A stretch of 248,000 nucleotides of DNA from Hyalangium minutum (lineage in GTDB: Bacteria > Myxococcota > Myxococcia > Myxococcales > Myxococcaceae), in assembly GCF_000737315.1 (NCBI RefSeq), contig NZ_JMCB01000003.1:20001-268000 (forward strand), written 5' to 3'. The translations under genes and the position numbers were made by a program. The notes under the pieces were generated by a model. That model was given only the letters and a program-made list of their open reading frames with translations. It was not told where the DNA came from and ran no database searches. Shown here in pieces: positions 52,411 through 61,726 of this stretch. Each line of letters begins with the position of its first letter. The stretch's first letter is position 1.

Positions 52411-52964
52411 GCGCGCCGCAGGGGCTGGAGATCGAGCTGCCTCGGGATGCCTCCGGCTTCGTGCGGCGGCAGTGCCCGAGCTGCCTGCGCATCTTCAAGA
52501 CGCGCCCGAGCCGGTTCGATGCGCGGAGCCTGCAGCGCCGGCTCCTGGTGATGTTCCCCTTCGAGAATCCGCACGAGGGCTATGAGCCGGTGCCCACGTG
52601 GACGTGCTTCTACTGTGGACACCAGGCCGACGCGGACGAGTGGCTGGTCCGGGACCACGTGGCGTACCTGGAGTCGCTGGCGAGGGGGCTCGCCAACCAC
52701 GTGCGCTACGAGCAGCTCGCCCATGTGACGCGCACGCTGTCGCTGAACCCGCGGCCCACCTTCGTGGCCGTGCCGCCCGAGGCGCTGCCTCAGGGCATGC
52801 CGGACGAGCCGGAGGATCTGCGCCCCCTCTATCTGGTGTGCTGCGCGGATGATGTGAAGGCGCTCTGGGACTGGGACGGCCCGTTCTACTGCCCTCGGTG
52901 CGGCGCGCACCACGGGGGCCTGGCTGGCCGCCAGCAGGTCCACCTGGAGTTCATCCAGGAGTAG
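52407..52964 (+). CDS. zinc-finger hypothetical protein
   Basis: CPSC, CFYC, CC, CPRC. Confidence 0.6.
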   Translation: MSAPQGLEIELPRDASGFVRRQCPSCLRIFKTRPSRFDARSLQRRLLVMFPFENPHEGYEPVPTWTCFYCGHQADADEWLVRDHVAYLESLARGLANHVRYEQLAHVTRTLSLNPRPTFVAVPPEALPQGMPDEPEDLRPLYLVCCADDVKALWDWDGPFYCPRCGAHHGGLAGRQQVHLEFIQE

Positions 52965-53000
52965 ACGCCACCCGCTCGGCCAGAGCAGGCTGTCGGGCCC

Positions 53001-54068
53001 ATGCGGATGGCACGAGTCGCGGTGCCGCTGATCTTGCTGCTCGGAGCAGGGGCGGCCCGCGCGCACGACGCGGACATCATCTATACGCAGGTTCGGCGCA
53101 CCGATCCTGGGAGCGCCGAGGTTCGCGTGCGGCTGACGCTCACCGGGAGCACGCTGAGCCTGCTGGTGCCCACGGATGCGGAGGGTGATGGGGCGGTCTC
53201 GCAGGCGGATCTGGAGGCGCGCCGCCCGGCCCTCGAGGTAGGGATCTGGGATGCGCTGCCGCTCACCGCTGGAGGGCAGCCCTGCACGCGCCAGGCGCAC
53301 GTCGCCAAGCGGGTCGAGTCGTACGTGGAGCTGACCGCCACCTTCCAATGTCCGCCTGGCCCCCTGCGGCAGACGTACACGGTGCTCTCGGTGCTGCCGG
53401 CCAACTACCGGGTGGTGCTGGGCTCCTATGGAGGGGAGGGGGGCCAGCTCTTCGCGGACGCCGTGCGGCCCAGCCTGGACATCCCCGAGCGAGGCGGCTC
53501 GGCCCGGAGCACCTTCGCTCCGGGCTTCGTGGGCTGGGTCCAACTGGGGATGAAGCACATCTTCGAGGGCATCGACCACCTCGCCTTCCTGATCGCGCTG
53601 CTGCTGGTGGGGGGCAGCCTCAAGCGGGTGCTGGGGATGGTGACGGCCTTCACGGTGGCGCACTCGCTCACCCTGGGAGCCACGGCGCTGGGCTTCATTC
53701 TCCTGGACACGGCGCGGACGCGCTGGGTGGAGGCGGCCATTGCTGTCTCCATCATCTATGTGGCGGCGGAGAACCTGTTGTTGCGTGAACACCGCCACCG
53801 GGCGCTGCTGACGTTCCTCTTCGGACTGGTGCACGGCTTTGGCTTCGCCAGCGTGCTGAGCGCCTACGGGCTGGGGGAGCAGGTGGCGTCCGGCCTGTTC
53901 GGCTTCAACCTCGGGGTGGAGCTGGGGCAGGCGGTGATCGTCACGGCTTTGCTGCCCCTCATGCGGCTGATTCAGCGCCGGCCCAGAGTGAACCTGTGGA
54001 CGGTGCGAGCGCTCTCCTCCGTCATCCTCTGCGCGGGAGCGTGGTGGTTGTATTCGCGCATCGGTTGA
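53001..54068 (+). CDS. HupE/UreJ-family membrane protein
   Basis: HIFEGIDHL, TAFTVAHSLTL, FGLVHGFGFA, FNLGVELGQ. Confidence 0.85.
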   Translation: MRMARVAVPLILLLGAGAARAHDADIIYTQVRRTDPGSAEVRVRLTLTGSTLSLLVPTDAEGDGAVSQADLEARRPALEVGIWDALPLTAGGQPCTRQAHVAKRVESYVELTATFQCPPGPLRQTYTVLSVLPANYRVVLGSYGGEGGQLFADAVRPSLDIPERGGSARSTFAPGFVGWVQLGMKHIFEGIDHLAFLIALLLVGGSLKRVLGMVTAFTVAHSLTLGATALGFILLDTARTRWVEAAIAVSIIYVAAENLLLREHRHRALLTFLFGLVHGFGFASVLSAYGLGEQVASGLFGFNLGVELGQAVIVTALLPLMRLIQRRPRVNLWTVRALSSVILCAGAWWLYSRIG

Positions 54069-54130
54069 AGTCTCGCGACCCCATCCCTAACTTGCCGCGG
54101 AAGGTCACGGTAGGGAGAAGGGGGACGCAG

Positions 54131-54601
54131 ATGGGAGCGAGGCATACTCGCTTGGCGGCGGCGCTCGCCGCTGCTTGGGAAGCCGAAGTGGTCTCGGCGC
54201 GCCGCATGACGGCTCTGGCCGAGCGCGTCGGAGATCCGCGAGCACGGGCGCGCTTGATGGTGCTGGCCGCCTTCTGCCGGGCCCATGCGTCCCGATTGCT
54301 GGCCCGCCTGGCGGCGCTCGGCCGAGGCCCTCTGCCCGTGCCCTCCGAGGACATCGACGTCAGCGCGGACCTGGCCCTGGAGCTGCGGAGGGAGGGAGCG
54401 TTCGCCCGCACTGCCGCCTCGCGTTATGAGTCCACGGCGGAGATGGCGCGCCAGCACGCGGATCTGTCGTCCGCGTGGGTCTGCGAGCTCAACCGTACGG
54501 AAGAGCAGGATCGGTCCCGGGAGCTGCTCTCCCTGGCCGAGGGCGTGCTGCCTCCGGTGGGGCTCGAGGACTCGGCGGCTGCGGCTCCGGCCGATTCCTA
54601 G
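54131..54601 (+). CDS. ferritin-like hypothetical protein
   Basis: four-helix pattern AWEAE..RAHA..REG..YE. Confidence 0.45.
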   Translation: MGARHTRLAAALAAAWEAEVVSARRMTALAERVGDPRARARLMVLAAFCRAHASRLLARLAALGRGPLPVPSEDIDVSADLALELRREGAFARTAASRYESTAEMARQHADLSSAWVCELNRTEEQDRSRELLSLAEGVLPPVGLEDSAAAAPADS

Positions 54602-54660
54602 GCCGCCCGGGGCGCACTCCTGCTGACAGCCGCTGGGGCTTGGGCGTATGAATGCGTCCC

Positions 54661-55434
54661 ATGGCGAAGGCGGAGAGCTACAACGATCTCATCTTCCAGC
54701 TCGGCGATCTGGCGCGGGACCGTCTGCCCGGTAAGCCGAACTGCCCGCGGACCATGGACCGCGTCTACCGCGCCGAGGAGGGGCTGGTGGCGCGGCGCGA
54801 TGAGCTGGGGGCGCTCGAGCAGGAGATGAACGAAGAGGATGCGTCCTGGCAGGACTTCCAGGCGCAGCAGGCTCAGGAGAAGGCAGGGCTCCAGGTCACC
54901 ATCAAGAAGTTCAAGAAGGCCGTGGACGCCATCGAGGGCAAGGTGCGCGAGATGCGCAAGGCGCTCTCCTCCAAGAAGGCCGAGCTGCGCTACGGCTTGG
55001 ACGGCCTGAAGAAGCTCGAGGCGAAGATCCACGACATGGAGATGACGCGCAAAGACCCCCTCGAGGTGGCGACCGCGCGCGAGAACCTGAAGAAGAACCG
55101 GCTGAAGATGATGCGCATGCAGCGCGACATCGAACAGATTCAGGACGATCTGGATCAGGCGCTCACGCCGGTTCCGGGCCAGCCTGGGGCGCCGGGCATC
55201 CTGGCGCACAAGCGCATGCTCGAGATCCAGGACGAGGCGGAGGAGCGCAAGGACGCCTTCGAGCAGCGGATGGCGGAGCTGGACGAGGCCATCGGCCAGA
55301 AGGAGCAGGAGATCCAGGCGGCGGAAGACTATTTGGATCAGGCGTTGTTCCTGCTCGGCGAAGACGTCTATAAGCAGCGGATCGCCGATGCCCAGCTGGC
55401 GCCGTTCTACCCGAGACTCGATCGCGCCCAGTGA
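54661..55434 (+). CDS. coiled-coil hypothetical protein
   Basis: 257-aa charged helical ORF. Confidence 0.6.
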   Translation: MAKAESYNDLIFQLGDLARDRLPGKPNCPRTMDRVYRAEEGLVARRDELGALEQEMNEEDASWQDFQAQQAQEKAGLQVTIKKFKKAVDAIEGKVREMRKALSSKKAELRYGLDGLKKLEAKIHDMEMTRKDPLEVATARENLKKNRLKMMRMQRDIEQIQDDLDQALTPVPGQPGAPGILAHKRMLEIQDEAEERKDAFEQRMAELDEAIGQKEQEIQAAEDYLDQALFLLGEDVYKQRIADAQLAPFYPRLDRAQ

Positions 55435-55455
55435 GGGCGGATCCGCTATCGGTGC

Positions 55456-55483
55456 TTGACGGCAGGGGTGCGTCTGCTAGATT
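55456..55483 (+). promoter_or_regulatory. sigma70-type promoter of rplC
   Basis: TTGACG-N16-TAGATT. Confidence 0.55.
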
Positions 55484-55567
55484 GCGCCGCTTCCTGCAGC
55501 CCGGAAGGGCTAGGCAGCGGATTTCATTGAGTTTTTCTGCGCCACGCGCGCTCGCAGTGAGGATGAC

Positions 55568-56236
55568 TTGAAGGGTCTCATTGGCAAGAAGATCGGAATG
55601 ACCCAGGTGTTCAACGACGAGGGCAACCTCGTGCCGGTCACCGTGATCGACGTGAACACCTGCCAGGTGGTGGGTAAGCGGACGCCCGAGAAGGATCAGT
55701 ACTCGGCCGTGACTCTGGGCTACGGGGAGATCCGCGAGAAGGTCCTGACGCAGGCGCAGAAGGGCTTCTTCAAGAAGAACAACGCGACTGCGCGCCGGCA
55801 CCTGAAGGAGTTCCGGGTGACGACGGAGGAGGCCGCGAAGTTCAACGTGGGCGACGCGGTGAAGGCGGACCTGTTCACCAAGGGCCAGTTGGTGGACGTC
55901 ACCGGCACCACGAAGGGCCGTGGCTTCCAGGGCGTCATGCGCCGGTGGAGCTTCAAGGGCTCGCAGACGAAGACGCACGGTACGCACGAGTATCAGCGTC
56001 ACCCGGGCGCCATCGGTCAGCGTAAGACGCCGGGCCGTACCTACCCGAACAAGAAGATGCCGGGTCACTACGGCGTGGAGCAGGTGACCACGCAGAACCT
56101 GACGATCGTCGACGTGGACACGGAGAAGGGCCTGCTGCTGATCAAGGGCGCCGTCCCCGGCCACAACGAGGCGATTGTCTACGTGAAGCCGGCCATCAAG
56201 CTGGCGATGCGCGAGCAGCACAAGGCCGCCCGCTAG
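55568..56236 (+). CDS. rplC: 50S ribosomal protein L3
   Basis: GKKIGMTQVF, VPVTVI, GRGFQGVMRRW, HGTHEYQRHPGAIG, KKMPGHYG. Confidence 0.97.
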   Translation: MKGLIGKKIGMTQVFNDEGNLVPVTVIDVNTCQVVGKRTPEKDQYSAVTLGYGEIREKVLTQAQKGFFKKNNATARRHLKEFRVTTEEAAKFNVGDAVKADLFTKGQLVDVTGTTKGRGFQGVMRRWSFKGSQTKTHGTHEYQRHPGAIGQRKTPGRTYPNKKMPGHYGVEQVTTQNLTIVDVDTEKGLLLIKGAVPGHNEAIVYVKPAIKLAMREQHKAAR

Positions 56237-56262
56237 TTTCTCGCGGCGGAGCTTGAGACTGA

Positions 56263-56310
56263 CGCCCCGTACTGGAGCCCTCGAGGGTTCCGGGCGGGGC
56301 GTTCGTTTTT
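56263..56310 (+). terminator. rho-independent terminator after rplC (copy 1 of a direct repeat)
   Basis: CGCCCCG..CGGGCGGGGCG hairpin then TTCGTTTTT. Confidence 0.7.
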
Positions 56311-56324
56311 GTAGGGAGGGAGCT

Positions 56325-56873
56325 TCAGGGCTCCATGGCTTCAGGTGGGAGGAGGCCAGTGCTCCCGGCCGCTTGGCGTGCGTCGGAGACGGCTCCCATG
56401 ATGCGCCCCGACTGGGGGAAGAGCTGCTCTGCCCTCGCGCTGAGTTCCAGCGCTTGAGGGAGTTGCTTCTCCATCTCCAAGTGACGGATGAGCCCAGCCC
56501 AGGCGTCCTCAAGGCTCGAAAGTGCCTTGGCGGCGCCCTCTTCCAGGAGTTTGCGCGCCTGGGCGGGTTCATGGCGGTGCGTGTCCAGGAAGTAGCCGAG
56601 CTCAATGAGTGCGTCGGCACTCCGATCCGAGGCTTGAACGGCTCGCTCCAGCAGCCGGTGGACCTCGGTGAGCATGGCTTCAGCCTCCGTGCCCGGCTCA
56701 TCAACGAGCCGTAGCAAGCGCGCAAGGCGAAGGAGGTTGGGCGTGAACGCGGGGCATGCCTCGGCGAGCTCCCGGTAGGACCTCAGCTGATCAAGACCAC
56801 TATGCGAAGCATCCCCTGCGGCGTTGGCGGCCTGGAACTTCGCGAGCAACTCTTCGAGGGGAAGGTGGGCCAT
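56325..56873 (-). CDS. TPR-like hypothetical protein (cassette partner)
   Basis: helical ORF; 5-nt gap to upstream lipoprotein gene. Confidence 0.55.
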   Translation of the reverse strand: MAHLPLEELLAKFQAANAAGDASHSGLDQLRSYRELAEACPAFTPNLLRLARLLRLVDEPGTEAEAMLTEVHRLLERAVQASDRSADALIELGYFLDTHRHEPAQARKLLEEGAAKALSSLEDAWAGLIRHLEMEKQLPQALELSARAEQLFPQSGRIMGAVSDARQAAGSTGLLPPEAMEP

Positions 56874-56878
56874 GGCGC

Positions 56879-57325
56879 TTACTTCTCCATCAGACGGGAT
56901 TGTTCCTCGATGAGCTTCCGTGCCGTCTGCAGCTGAGCTTGGGTGGCGAGGCTGAAGTCGTTCTTGTCCAGCATGGTCTTGATCTCGAACAGGGTGAAGT
57001 CCTTCAACTGGGAGGGGAAGTCCTTGACCCGCCGGAGTCGCGCGGGGCTCTCGCCCAACTTCGTGGAGAGCACGGAGATGCGCTGGAGCATTCGCGCAGC
57101 CACCTCCTTGCCGATGAGCCCAGAGGCTGAGCCTTCAGCGATCAAAGCCTGAGCCTCGGTGAATTGTCCCTTGGCAATCAGTGCCCAGATGCGCGCACTC
57201 GCTGAGCCGCCCTTAAGCCGGATACCTTCCTCTGGCTCAGCTTCTGGGAGGACGTGGCTGTCCACGTGACTGCACCCATGGAGGCAGAACACGATCAAAC
57301 CGATGATCAGCATGTGACAGCGCAT
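56879..57325 (-). CDS. hypothetical lipoprotein
   Basis: lipobox LHGC; lower-GC codon usage. Confidence 0.55.
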   Translation of the reverse strand: MRCHMLIIGLIVFCLHGCSHVDSHVLPEAEPEEGIRLKGGSASARIWALIAKGQFTEAQALIAEGSASGLIGKEVAARMLQRISVLSTKLGESPARLRRVKDFPSQLKDFTLFEIKTMLDKNDFSLATQAQLQTARKLIEEQSRLMEK

Positions 57326-57607
57326 GACGCCCCCCTTTGCTGACTCCTCGATTCTACCTGCTGTGGCTGCCCGCAGACTGGACTCGTCAGCCTGGCCTTC
57401 CGTAGGAGCCCATTCGTCACAAGGGCTGCGGCCGCTCCACCCCCGAAGAGGAGCACTCCGGTCCCAAGCCCGAGGGCAAAGGCGGCACCGGTCAGCCCGC
57501 CGCCTTCCCGCCGCGCAACTGATCCTGATCCACGCGGCACCCGCGGTTCACGGGGTAGGTGGGTGTAGGCTCTGACGCCTTCCGCCTGGGTTCTCCACGA
57601 GTCCCGG

Positions 57608-57654
57608 CGCCCCGTCCTGGAGCCAACACTGGCCCGGGCGGGGCGTTCGTTTTT
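57608..57654 (+). repeat. second copy of the rplC terminator
   Basis: CGCCCCGT(C/A)CTGGAGCC...CGGGCGGGGCGTTCGTTTTT matches 56263-56310. Confidence 0.75.
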
Positions 57655-57896
57655 CCAGCCGGATTCTTACTCCCTGGGGCGGATTGGGCGCTGAAACGTC
57701 GGCCATCGTGCGCTCCTGCTGATGGCCGTGAAAAAAGTGCACGGTCCGGGGTACAGCGCACCTTGCCCCTTGGGCATCGGATGTGCACTTGGATGCGCCA
57801 ACGCGGAGCCAAGCGTCGCTGGGACGCTCGGTCTCCTTGGGAGTGCTGATCCTCAGCTTCATCGCGGCTCGCCCCACGGGCCGCACCCGAGTCTCT

Positions 57897-58718
57897 ATGT
57901 TGACCGTCCGTTCACTACGCGTGCTCGCCTCGATGATCCTGGCCCTGACGGCCCTGAGCGCCGCCGGGCAGCAGGAGCAGACCCTGGAGGGCGTGGTCGT
58001 CCGCAACCGACTCTATCGGCCCGCGGGCAACCTCGAGTTCTCCCCGAGTGTGGGCGTCTCCATGCTCACCTATCTCACGGCCCACTACACAGTGGACCTC
58101 GGGGTGGCCTACAACCTCTTCGACACCTTCGCCGTGGAAGGCCGCGCAGGCTACGCGTTCAGCCGGCAGACGGGCCTGGCCCGCTCCATCTCTGAGAGCT
58201 TCCTCAACCGCGACGACAAGAAGATCACCGACGAGCTCGAGGATCTCTGGCGGATGAACTTCCACGCCGTCGGCGGCCTGCGCTGGGCGCCCGTGTACGG
58301 GAAGCTCTCGCTCATGGCCGAGGTGCCCACCCACTTCCAGGCCTACCTCTGGGCCGGCGGCGGGGTGGCCTCGTTCAAGCGCCAGTCCCTGATCCAGTGC
58401 TCCCAGGTGGTGAACCGCGAGTTCGGCGTCTGCGACAACCGCTCGGATCCGCTGGATCGCTCCTCCGCTACCGAGAACTTCTGGGTGAAGGAGACGCGCG
58501 TGTCCCCCGTGGTAAGCGCCGCCGTGGGTCTGCGCTTCTTCGCCTTCGAGCGGCACGGCGTGAAGTTCGAGCTCCGGGACTGGGTGTTCCGCGACGCCTA
58601 CCGCGTGGCGCTGAACCGGGATGACTGGGAGGCGGGCCAGGAAACGGGAACGGTCGCGCCCAGCCCGGGCCTCACGCACCTCGTTCAATTCGACATTGGC
58701 TACACCTTCATCTTCTAG
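57897..58718 (+). CDS. nfsA: outer-membrane beta-barrel, Nfs spore-coat machinery
   Basis: VVRNRLY, C-terminal aromatic YTFIF; first of 8-gene Glt/Nfs-type cluster. Confidence 0.7.
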   Translation: MLTVRSLRVLASMILALTALSAAGQQEQTLEGVVVRNRLYRPAGNLEFSPSVGVSMLTYLTAHYTVDLGVAYNLFDTFAVEGRAGYAFSRQTGLARSISESFLNRDDKKITDELEDLWRMNFHAVGGLRWAPVYGKLSLMAEVPTHFQAYLWAGGGVASFKRQSLIQCSQVVNREFGVCDNRSDPLDRSSATENFWVKETRVSPVVSAAVGLRFFAFERHGVKFELRDWVFRDAYRVALNRDDWEAGQETGTVAPSPGLTHLVQFDIGYTFIF

Positions 58719-58723
58719 ACACC

Positions 58724-59944
58724 ATGCGAACGATCCTGTCCTTCGCGGTTCTTCTGTCGACGGTCGCTGGGGCTGATCCGGCCCTCGCTCAGGCCGCACC
58801 CACGGTGCCCGCTCCGGGCGCCGAGTCTTCCATCCCTCCCGACATGGCCCCCGTGGCGGCGCCTCAGTCGGCTCAGCACGAGATGGGCTCTTCCGTGCCG
58901 GACGAGCAGCCCGTGGCCACGCCGCGTGCGCGTCCTCAGCGTGTAGGGGAGGACGCTGCCGAGGAGACTCCCGCTTCCGAGGAGGCTCCGGCTCCAGCCG
59001 AGGCTGCTGCCCCTGCTGCGAACCCGCCTGCCGCGGATGCGCCCCTGGCAGTGGCGGACGTGGACACCGAGCTGCGCACCACGACGCCCGAGCAGCAGCG
59101 GCTGGTGCACGGCGCGCCGCTCTACAACCCGAACGTCTCCGTCCACATCGTCCAGAAGAAGCGCTTCGCGGACGAGGGCAAGCACGAGTTCGCGCTCTAC
59201 CCGCTGGCGGTCCAGGTGAACGGCAAGTTCACCAACCACGCGGGCAGCGCGCTCCACTACACGTACCACGTGCAGGAGAACTTCGCGCTCCAGGTCTCCG
59301 GCATCTACAACTGGCACTCCAACGAGAGCCGCTTCAACCTGGAGCTGATCGACAAGGTCCGCGAGCAGGCCCAGGCGGCCTCCTCGCTGCTGCTCCAGTG
59401 GGGCGCTCAGGCCGGCGTCGAGGTGACGCCGCTGTACGGCAAGTTCGCCTTCTATGACGACCAGCTCGCTCAGTTCAGCCTGATCATCAACGGCGGTGCG
59501 GGCTTCGGCGGCACGCGGCACCTGATCCGCCCGGAGGTCGCCAACCAGGTGGAGGGACAGACCTTCACCGTCCCCGCGCGCTTCGGAGACGCGGGCACCC
59601 GGTTCGTCGGCTCCGTGGGCGGCGGCTTCCGCGTCCAGTTCGGTGACTCCTATGCGGTGCGGCTCGAGGTGAGGGATCTCGTCTACACCGCCCGCGTCGA
59701 TCGCGTGGACGGCTGCAACCTCTCCGACTTCGAGAAGCTCGAGGCAGCGCGCTCGGCCAACCAGCCCTTCGCCAACCTGGACCTCAGCGGCGGCTGCAAG
59801 TTCCAGAAGTTCGACGGCGTGGACCCGGACACGAAGAAGAACTACCGCGAGGACATCATCCTCGGGAGGGATCTGGTGGCTGAGCCCTCCTCGGACGTCC
59901 TCAACAACGTGAGCTTCTACGCCGGCTTCTCGATCCTCTTCTGA
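58724..59944 (+). CDS. nfsB: outer-membrane beta-barrel
   Basis: IVQKKRF, QVNGKFT, ends YAGFSILF. Confidence 0.7.
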   Translation: MRTILSFAVLLSTVAGADPALAQAAPTVPAPGAESSIPPDMAPVAAPQSAQHEMGSSVPDEQPVATPRARPQRVGEDAAEETPASEEAPAPAEAAAPAANPPAADAPLAVADVDTELRTTTPEQQRLVHGAPLYNPNVSVHIVQKKRFADEGKHEFALYPLAVQVNGKFTNHAGSALHYTYHVQENFALQVSGIYNWHSNESRFNLELIDKVREQAQAASSLLLQWGAQAGVEVTPLYGKFAFYDDQLAQFSLIINGGAGFGGTRHLIRPEVANQVEGQTFTVPARFGDAGTRFVGSVGGGFRVQFGDSYAVRLEVRDLVYTARVDRVDGCNLSDFEKLEAARSANQPFANLDLSGGCKFQKFDGVDPDTKKNYREDIILGRDLVAEPSSDVLNNVSFYAGFSILF

Positions 59945-61521
59945 TGGGAACCCCTGCCATGTCCCGACTGCTCGCACTCTTCGCCGTCGCCCTGGCTCCG
60001 CTCGCGGTGTCCGCGCAGGACCTCACGGCGTACAACCGCGCGCTCGCCGCCTTCAACGCGGGCGATCTCGACACCGCCGCGCCGCTCTTCTTCGAGACCT
60101 CCGAGCGCGCCACCGATCCCGAGACGAAGGGCAAGGCCGAGTACTACCTGGCGCAGACCTTCCAGAAGAAGGGTCTCCCGGTCAGCGCCTTCGTCACCTA
60201 CGCCGCCATCCTCAAGGCCGGCCCCAAGCACCCCTCGTACCTCAAGGCCGTCGAGGGGCTCGTGGACATTCAGCAGCAGCTCGATGAGCAGAACCTGATC
60301 CCCAGCCTCCTCAACCAGGCCTATACGGACGAGGTGCGCGATCAGTGGGTCACGCTGCCCCGAGAGGTGCTGGCGCGCATCAACTACCTGGTGGGCACCA
60401 TCAGCCACCGCCGCGGGCAGTTCGAGGAGGCCCGCTCCCTGCTCGAGGCCGTGCCGCCCGAGAGCCGCGTCTATGCCAAGGCGCAGTATCTGCTGGGCAT
60501 CGTCCTGGCCGATCCGCGCTTCCCGGGCCGCCCGGGTGAGGCCCACACGCTCGACAAGGCCGCACTCAATGCCTTCCAGATGGTGCTGAAGCAGAAGGGC
60601 GAGCGGCAGCTCGAGCTCAAGGAGACCCGTGAGCTGGCCATGCTGGGGCTCGGGCGTCTGCACTACGGCCGCGGGGAGTACAAGGAGTCGAGCGCCGCCT
60701 ACGAGAGCGTGCCGCGCTACTCGCGCTACTGGGACCAGGCCCTCTTCGAGAACGGCTTCTCCCGCTTCCAGAACGAGGACTTCGGCGGGGCGCTCGGGAG
60801 TCTCCAGGCGCTGCATGCGCCCCAGTTCGCCGGCGCTTTCCAGCCCGAGTCCTGGATCCTCAAGGCGACCGTCTACTACTACAGCTGCCTCTTCGACGAG
60901 GTGAAGACCACGCTCGCCGCCTACGACGAGGTGTACGGGCCCATGGCCAAGCAGCTCGAGCCCTTCACCGGCGAGGACATGGGGCTGATCCCCGCGTTCA
61001 ACCTCGTCTCCGCCTCGGAGAACCGGAAGCTGCCGCGTCCCGTGTACCTGTGGATCCGCAACAACGAGCGCATCCGCGAGGTGATGCGCGGCCTGGACAC
61101 CGTGGACAGCGAGAAGCGGGCCCTCGTCAACTCGGGTGCCTGGAAGGGGAGCGCGCTCGCGACGCAGACCGTGGCCTCCCTGGAGGATGTGCGCAACACG
61201 CTGCTTCAGGTGGGCGGCACGCTGGCTCGGAGCCGCCTGCGCGAGGCCGCGGACAACCTGCGCACCTTCTCGGACCAGGCGGAGATCATCCGCGTCCAGA
61301 CGGCGCTCGATCAGAAGGACTTGCTGCAGGCCGGCGTGGATCAGAAGGCCGTGCTCTCCCGCCAGTCGCTCTACCGGCCCGCCATGCCCGGGGCCGCCTG
61401 GAACTACTGGAAGTTCCAGGGCGAGTTCTGGATCGACGAGATCGGCTACTATCAGTACACGCTCAAGCGCGGCTGTCTGGCGAAGCCGGGCGAAGAGCGG
61501 ACCGAGGCGGGCTCGCAGTAA
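59944..61521 (+). CDS. nfsC: TPR protein (GltC paralog)
   Basis: TPR repeats; W.FQGEFW.DE.GYY.Y. Confidence 0.7.
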   Translation: MGTPAMSRLLALFAVALAPLAVSAQDLTAYNRALAAFNAGDLDTAAPLFFETSERATDPETKGKAEYYLAQTFQKKGLPVSAFVTYAAILKAGPKHPSYLKAVEGLVDIQQQLDEQNLIPSLLNQAYTDEVRDQWVTLPREVLARINYLVGTISHRRGQFEEARSLLEAVPPESRVYAKAQYLLGIVLADPRFPGRPGEAHTLDKAALNAFQMVLKQKGERQLELKETRELAMLGLGRLHYGRGEYKESSAAYESVPRYSRYWDQALFENGFSRFQNEDFGGALGSLQALHAPQFAGAFQPESWILKATVYYYSCLFDEVKTTLAAYDEVYGPMAKQLEPFTGEDMGLIPAFNLVSASENRKLPRPVYLWIRNNERIREVMRGLDTVDSEKRALVNSGAWKGSALATQTVASLEDVRNTLLQVGGTLARSRLREAADNLRTFSDQAEIIRVQTALDQKDLLQAGVDQKAVLSRQSLYRPAMPGAAWNYWKFQGEFWIDEIGYYQYTLKRGCLAKPGEERTEAGSQ

Positions 61522-61726
61522 GCCTGTCGGTGACGGACGCAGTTCGGAGGAACGGGGTGGGCCGAGGCGTTGGTGCACGCGCCGGGGCCGCCCCGTTTGC
61601 CTGTTCAGCCCCTGAAACCGACAGTGCCCTGTAGGGCGCATTCGTGCGTGTTGGCACGGTTGCAGCACTTCTCATTCCAGGAGTGCGCGTCTACCTTCGG
61701 TCGTCCCTTCGATGGCAGGAGTTCGC

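Noticed and set aside
55494-55520. SRP (4.5S) RNA suggested by the CCC-GGAA-GGG tetraloop
   Set aside because: Lacks the flanking CAGG/AGCA internal-loop motif and the long stem; more likely the rplC leader.
61652-61666. sigma54 promoter before nfsD (TGGCACGGTTGCAGC)
   Set aside because: The -12 element is CAGC rather than TTGC; too weak to call.
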